DNA from: Callorhinchus milii
Lineage: Eukaryota
DNA: 64,000 nt
Direction: 5' to 3'
NCBI RefSeq assembly: GCF_018977255.1
Contig: NW_024704742.1
Span: forward strand, 77,688,001 to 77,752,000
The position numbers and the translations under genes were made by a program. Of this stretch, positions 60,401-64,000 are shown piece after piece (position 1 is the first letter of the stretch; the number at the start of each line of letters is the position of its first letter). The notes under the pieces were generated by a model. The model was not told the DNA's origin. It did not search any database and saw nothing but the letters and a program-made list of their open reading frames with translations.

Positions 60401-61159
60401 TACTTTTTTTAACTTTTCCAGTAATAGATGTTTGGTGGAAAGAATGTGGATCTTAAATTTGATCCACTGGCGTTGGGATTCTGCTCCTTTCCTCTTGATG
60501 TTCTTTTGTTTTTTTCTGTTTTTTATTAGCTCATATAATTACTGATTATATTTAAGGTTAAAAAAAATTTTAAATCCCACATTGCAGTGAAAGATTTTTT
60601 TTCTGGCACATGCGGAAACCCATCGCCATGCTAAAGAGTGCCCAAAGCAGACAAGTTTCACATATGTATGCCGCCTACTCATGAAGATTTTCCCATGTTT
60701 GGAATGGAATGCACGCTTGGATGTACTCACCCTACTTTTCTAATTCTGGAGACTAGATTGGCTTCGGGATGCCACATTGTGCATTGATTTACTGCTGGCA
60801 TTTAACCAGCTAAAACCGCTTAGCTTGCCATTGAAAGCACCGTTCAACAAAGACGACCTTACTAGTTAGGGCTTCAGCTTGCAGGGTTAGCAGGGGTTGA
60901 GTGAGAAGAATCCCTGCTTCCAGTGAGTGACTGGTCTGCTCCTGCTAGTGTGCCAATCAGCCATGCACACAAGAACGAATACCAAACCACAATTTACAAC
61001 AGGAGGGGGAAGTAGAAAGATTTTTTTAAAAAATCCAAGCCTACAGCTAAAACTCCAAGGCAGAATAAAGGCATGGCCTTTCACAATTTTGTTCAGTCTG
61101 TTCTTTTTTTTTTCTTTAATTTTTTTATGGGCTTATAGTCTCAGACTGAAAATACTCCC

Positions 61160-61310
61160 TGAGAGATGACACTTCAAACAATGCAGCATACACCCCTAGG
61201 ACTACCCTGGAGTGTCGGTCTAGACTATGAGTTCAAATTCCCTATGTGAGTTGAATCCACAAATCTATGACTCAGAGGTGAGAGTGCTATCAATTTAGCC
61301 AGGATGACAT
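61160..61310 (-). mobile_element. Deu-SINE head fragment
   Basis: GACTCAGAGGTGAGAGTGCTATCAATTTAGCCA is the reverse complement of the SINE head. Confidence 0.65.
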
Positions 61311-63469
61311 CTTTATCTAAATCTTGTTTTGAGGTATGAAAATGTTCATAGGTCACCATGGGCCTTGCTTCCTGCACACTATGCAATGCACAGGAAAAGT
61401 TGTTACCTTTGCACTGCCCAGGAATCTTGACATTAGACATTTTTGTAGTTGNAAAAAATTGATACCCAGATTTTTTAAAAAATTAGGTAAGTCTCGATAA
61501 GGAACATGCAGAATTAAGTACAGTACATGACTAATCATAGTTAGATATATCCTCTATATGGGGGCGCATTTGTTTCCTTATGTCTTTGTACATTTAAAAA
61601 AAACTTACAGTGTGCTTTTCTTGAAAACTGAATACTCTGCCTTACTCCCAAACGCAGCGCACGTGTGCACACACACCCACACATACACACACACACAGCA
61701 TGATGATATTTTAATGGATAACGATAGGGATGGTTGATTACTTTTCAGATTTAGTATTACAAGTCTGTTTAATGGTACAAAAGAGAGTTTTTCATGGTTA
61801 AAAAGAAACTGCACACGGGTTACATTGCTTATTGTTGAGGTTAAGTCTGAAAATAGTTTCAGGTTTTGTGGCCCCAGATTTGCATAATTGTTTATAGGGT
61901 AAAAGCGAATGTCTGTTTGTCAGTTTTGTTTCCTCTCAAATAAGTGGCAGCTCATTTGTTTTAGTTGGCTTGTGCGTAATGCAAAAATGTGAAACTAACT
62001 TTTGTTACGTGCTTAAGAAGCTGCTAGTACTCAAAATAGTTACTTTTTGACATGTGAACAGCAACAAGATTACATTTGTATAGCGCCTTTCACGTCAGGA
62101 GGACATCCCAAGGCGCTGGACAGTGTACAGCATTTCAGACCCGACGCTGGGGTGAAGGCTAAATAACCGAGAGGCCAATGATGTAGCAGTCGCTGCTTTC
62201 AGCCAAGGCAACAAGGAATTATTTTTTAATCTAATGGAATTTGTTTTAACCTATGTCTAGGCTGTTGAGATAAGCCACATTCCAAAGAGTGACAAACTAA
62301 ATGCTGTTTGTTGTCGTTTTGGTCAGCCGAATAAATTTTCTTGATTGAATATTTCTTGATTTATACCATAAAATATTCAATCAAAAAAAACTGGCAATAC
62401 ACGATTGATTGAACACGTTCATACCTAGACTAGTGCAAATGTTCGGCGGGTTCCTTTTTGACAACAAGTGGACCGTGGGTTTGCCATCACTCCTATTATG
62501 TCTATGAGTAAGTAAATTGACAGCTTGTTCATGATTATTGAACCATTTTGAGTCATATTATTGCGGCACTGAAAAATGATTCACTTCGTCAATTGCTATG
62601 GTAACAAACCTGAAAAAGTAAAACAAAACAACCCAGATTGTGTGAAATGGAGCAGATGTAATTGCTTGTAAATCTGCATGGCAGCAATTAGTGATCTAAG
62701 CTTCTGATGTTTATTGAGGGTAACCAAATGTGCACATTTTTTACAGTACATCTGTTTTGTTTTTTCTCCTACTTTGTACAGCACCTAACGTCTCTAGACT
62801 GACCATGCAATACAGTGCTGGGGTGATATTACATTGTGCATTAAACCAAGATTATATCTACTTCTTCAGGTGGCCGTTAAAGAACCCAGTCTGGATAACT
62901 TGTCACTGAGCTTTTTTTTCCCTTGGAGTGACGAGTTATCCAGAGTTTATTGTATTTGTTTTTCAACTATTTGTTTTACAAGGGTGCAATTTTTAAAACT
63001 ATTGATTAAGTTTCTCAAGTGTATATGTGAAGACACATCATTTTTACTGCAATGGAGGCCTAGGTCCCCTATTTTAATTTGTGCCAAATCTGCCAAGGCC
63101 AGTCTAACAAAGCGTATAACAGGAAAACAAGCTGCTAAGATTCCCTGTTGCAAGACTGACATTTCTGACAAGTTGTTTGTCCCAGAATTAGGTCTTGTCT
63201 ACTTTATTTAATAATTTTTACAAGAATTTGATTATTTGTTCCTATTCAGCTGGTTTGGAGATGGAGTGGTGGAGGTGGAGCATATTGAATGAAGAGTAAG
63301 AAAGGTATACAAATTCACCTTGGATGTGGAAGTCATTATTCTTCAAATTAAGTTAACCTCCAATTCCCTTATTCTTCCTTTTGAGAATAGGATCTTTGTA
63401 CATATCCATGCTATCATTCTCATACTGTTTTACTAAAAAAAACTATTTTGCTATTTTGATTTTTCCCAA

Positions 63470-63730
63470 TTGGTTCCTGCAAGCCAAAGTCCAAATGGGT
63501 AGGGAGCTCCTTGCTGGACAAGCAGCGTGAAGCTTGCCAGTCAGTGCTCTCCATGGCAAATTTTGCGGTTTTACCTGGGTAAACTCCAGCAAATCCTCAA
63601 ATCGCACTCTGGAGTGACTTGGCTCTCAGCAACATGCGCTCAATATTCTCCAGAATTAGGTTAACAGGGTGTGTCCCTCCAGCAAAGGAGTACACATTCC
63701 ATTTCAGACACAGGAAAATTTCCACGTGTG
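63470..63730 (+). repeat. Repeat family X copy
   Basis: CCTGCAAGCCAAAG..GGGTAGGG..AAGCTTGCCAG..GGCAAA..AAACTCCAGC..CCAGAATTAGGTTAACAG. Confidence 0.8.
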
Positions 63731-63764
63731 AATAGTAAAAATAGAAAAGCGGATTATGTTCTAG

Positions 63765-64000
63765 AGGGGAAGAGACGAGGTAATGTTAGTGTTCAGAGGG
63801 ATTTGGGTGAACTTGTACACCAGTCGCAAAAAGTTAGTATGCAGGTACAGCAAGCAATTAGGAAGGCTAATGCCATGTTGGCGTTCGTTGCAAAAGGGTT
63901 TGAGTACAAGAGTAGGGAAGTCTTGCTGCAATTGTATAAGGCCTTGTTGAGACCACACCTAGAATATTGTGTACAGTTTTGGTCTCCTTATTTAAGAAAG
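63765..64000 (+). mobile_element. CR1 LINE ORF2 fragment, open to the window end
   Basis: VQRDLGELVHQSQKVSMQVQQAIRKANAMLAFVAKGFEYKSREVLLQLYKALLRPHLEYCVQFWSPYLRK with no stop. Confidence 0.92.

Noticed and set aside
1..64000. CRISPR arrays, operons or other prokaryotic systems
   Set aside because: The sequence is clearly vertebrate (spliceosomal introns, SINEs and LINEs) and has no repeat-spacer array.

Overview
Repeat-rich vertebrate genomic DNA, most likely from a cartilaginous fish and probably a chimaera/holocephalan (inferred from the SINE/LINE complement). About 1-49,700 is gene-free in my reading. It holds tRNA-derived SINEs, Deu-domain SINEs, L2, CR1, L1-like, Penelope and R4/Dong LINE fragments, plus several repeat-free blocks that look like conserved enhancers. 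The only host gene is the 5' end of MPDZ on the + strand: a CpG-island promoter with a probable first exon (~50,090-50,214), the ATG exon (57,011-57,081) and the L27-domain exon (58,922-59,088). The gene continues beyond the window. Most notable observations: (i) a SINE copy at the CpG-island edge with a strongly one-directional A/T->G/C substitution pattern; (ii) a 1.5-kb almost G-free C-rich satellite directly after exon 1; (iii) a predicted splice-spanning uORF; (iv) an unclassified ~0.7-kb repeat family (7 copies) with conserved hairpins; (v) Penelope-type minimal hammerhead ribozymes; (vi) an R4/Dong restriction-like-endonuclease fossil. Repeat boundaries are approximate and family names come from recalled motifs, not database searches. 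Almost all entries in the ORF track are non-coding or transposon-derived.
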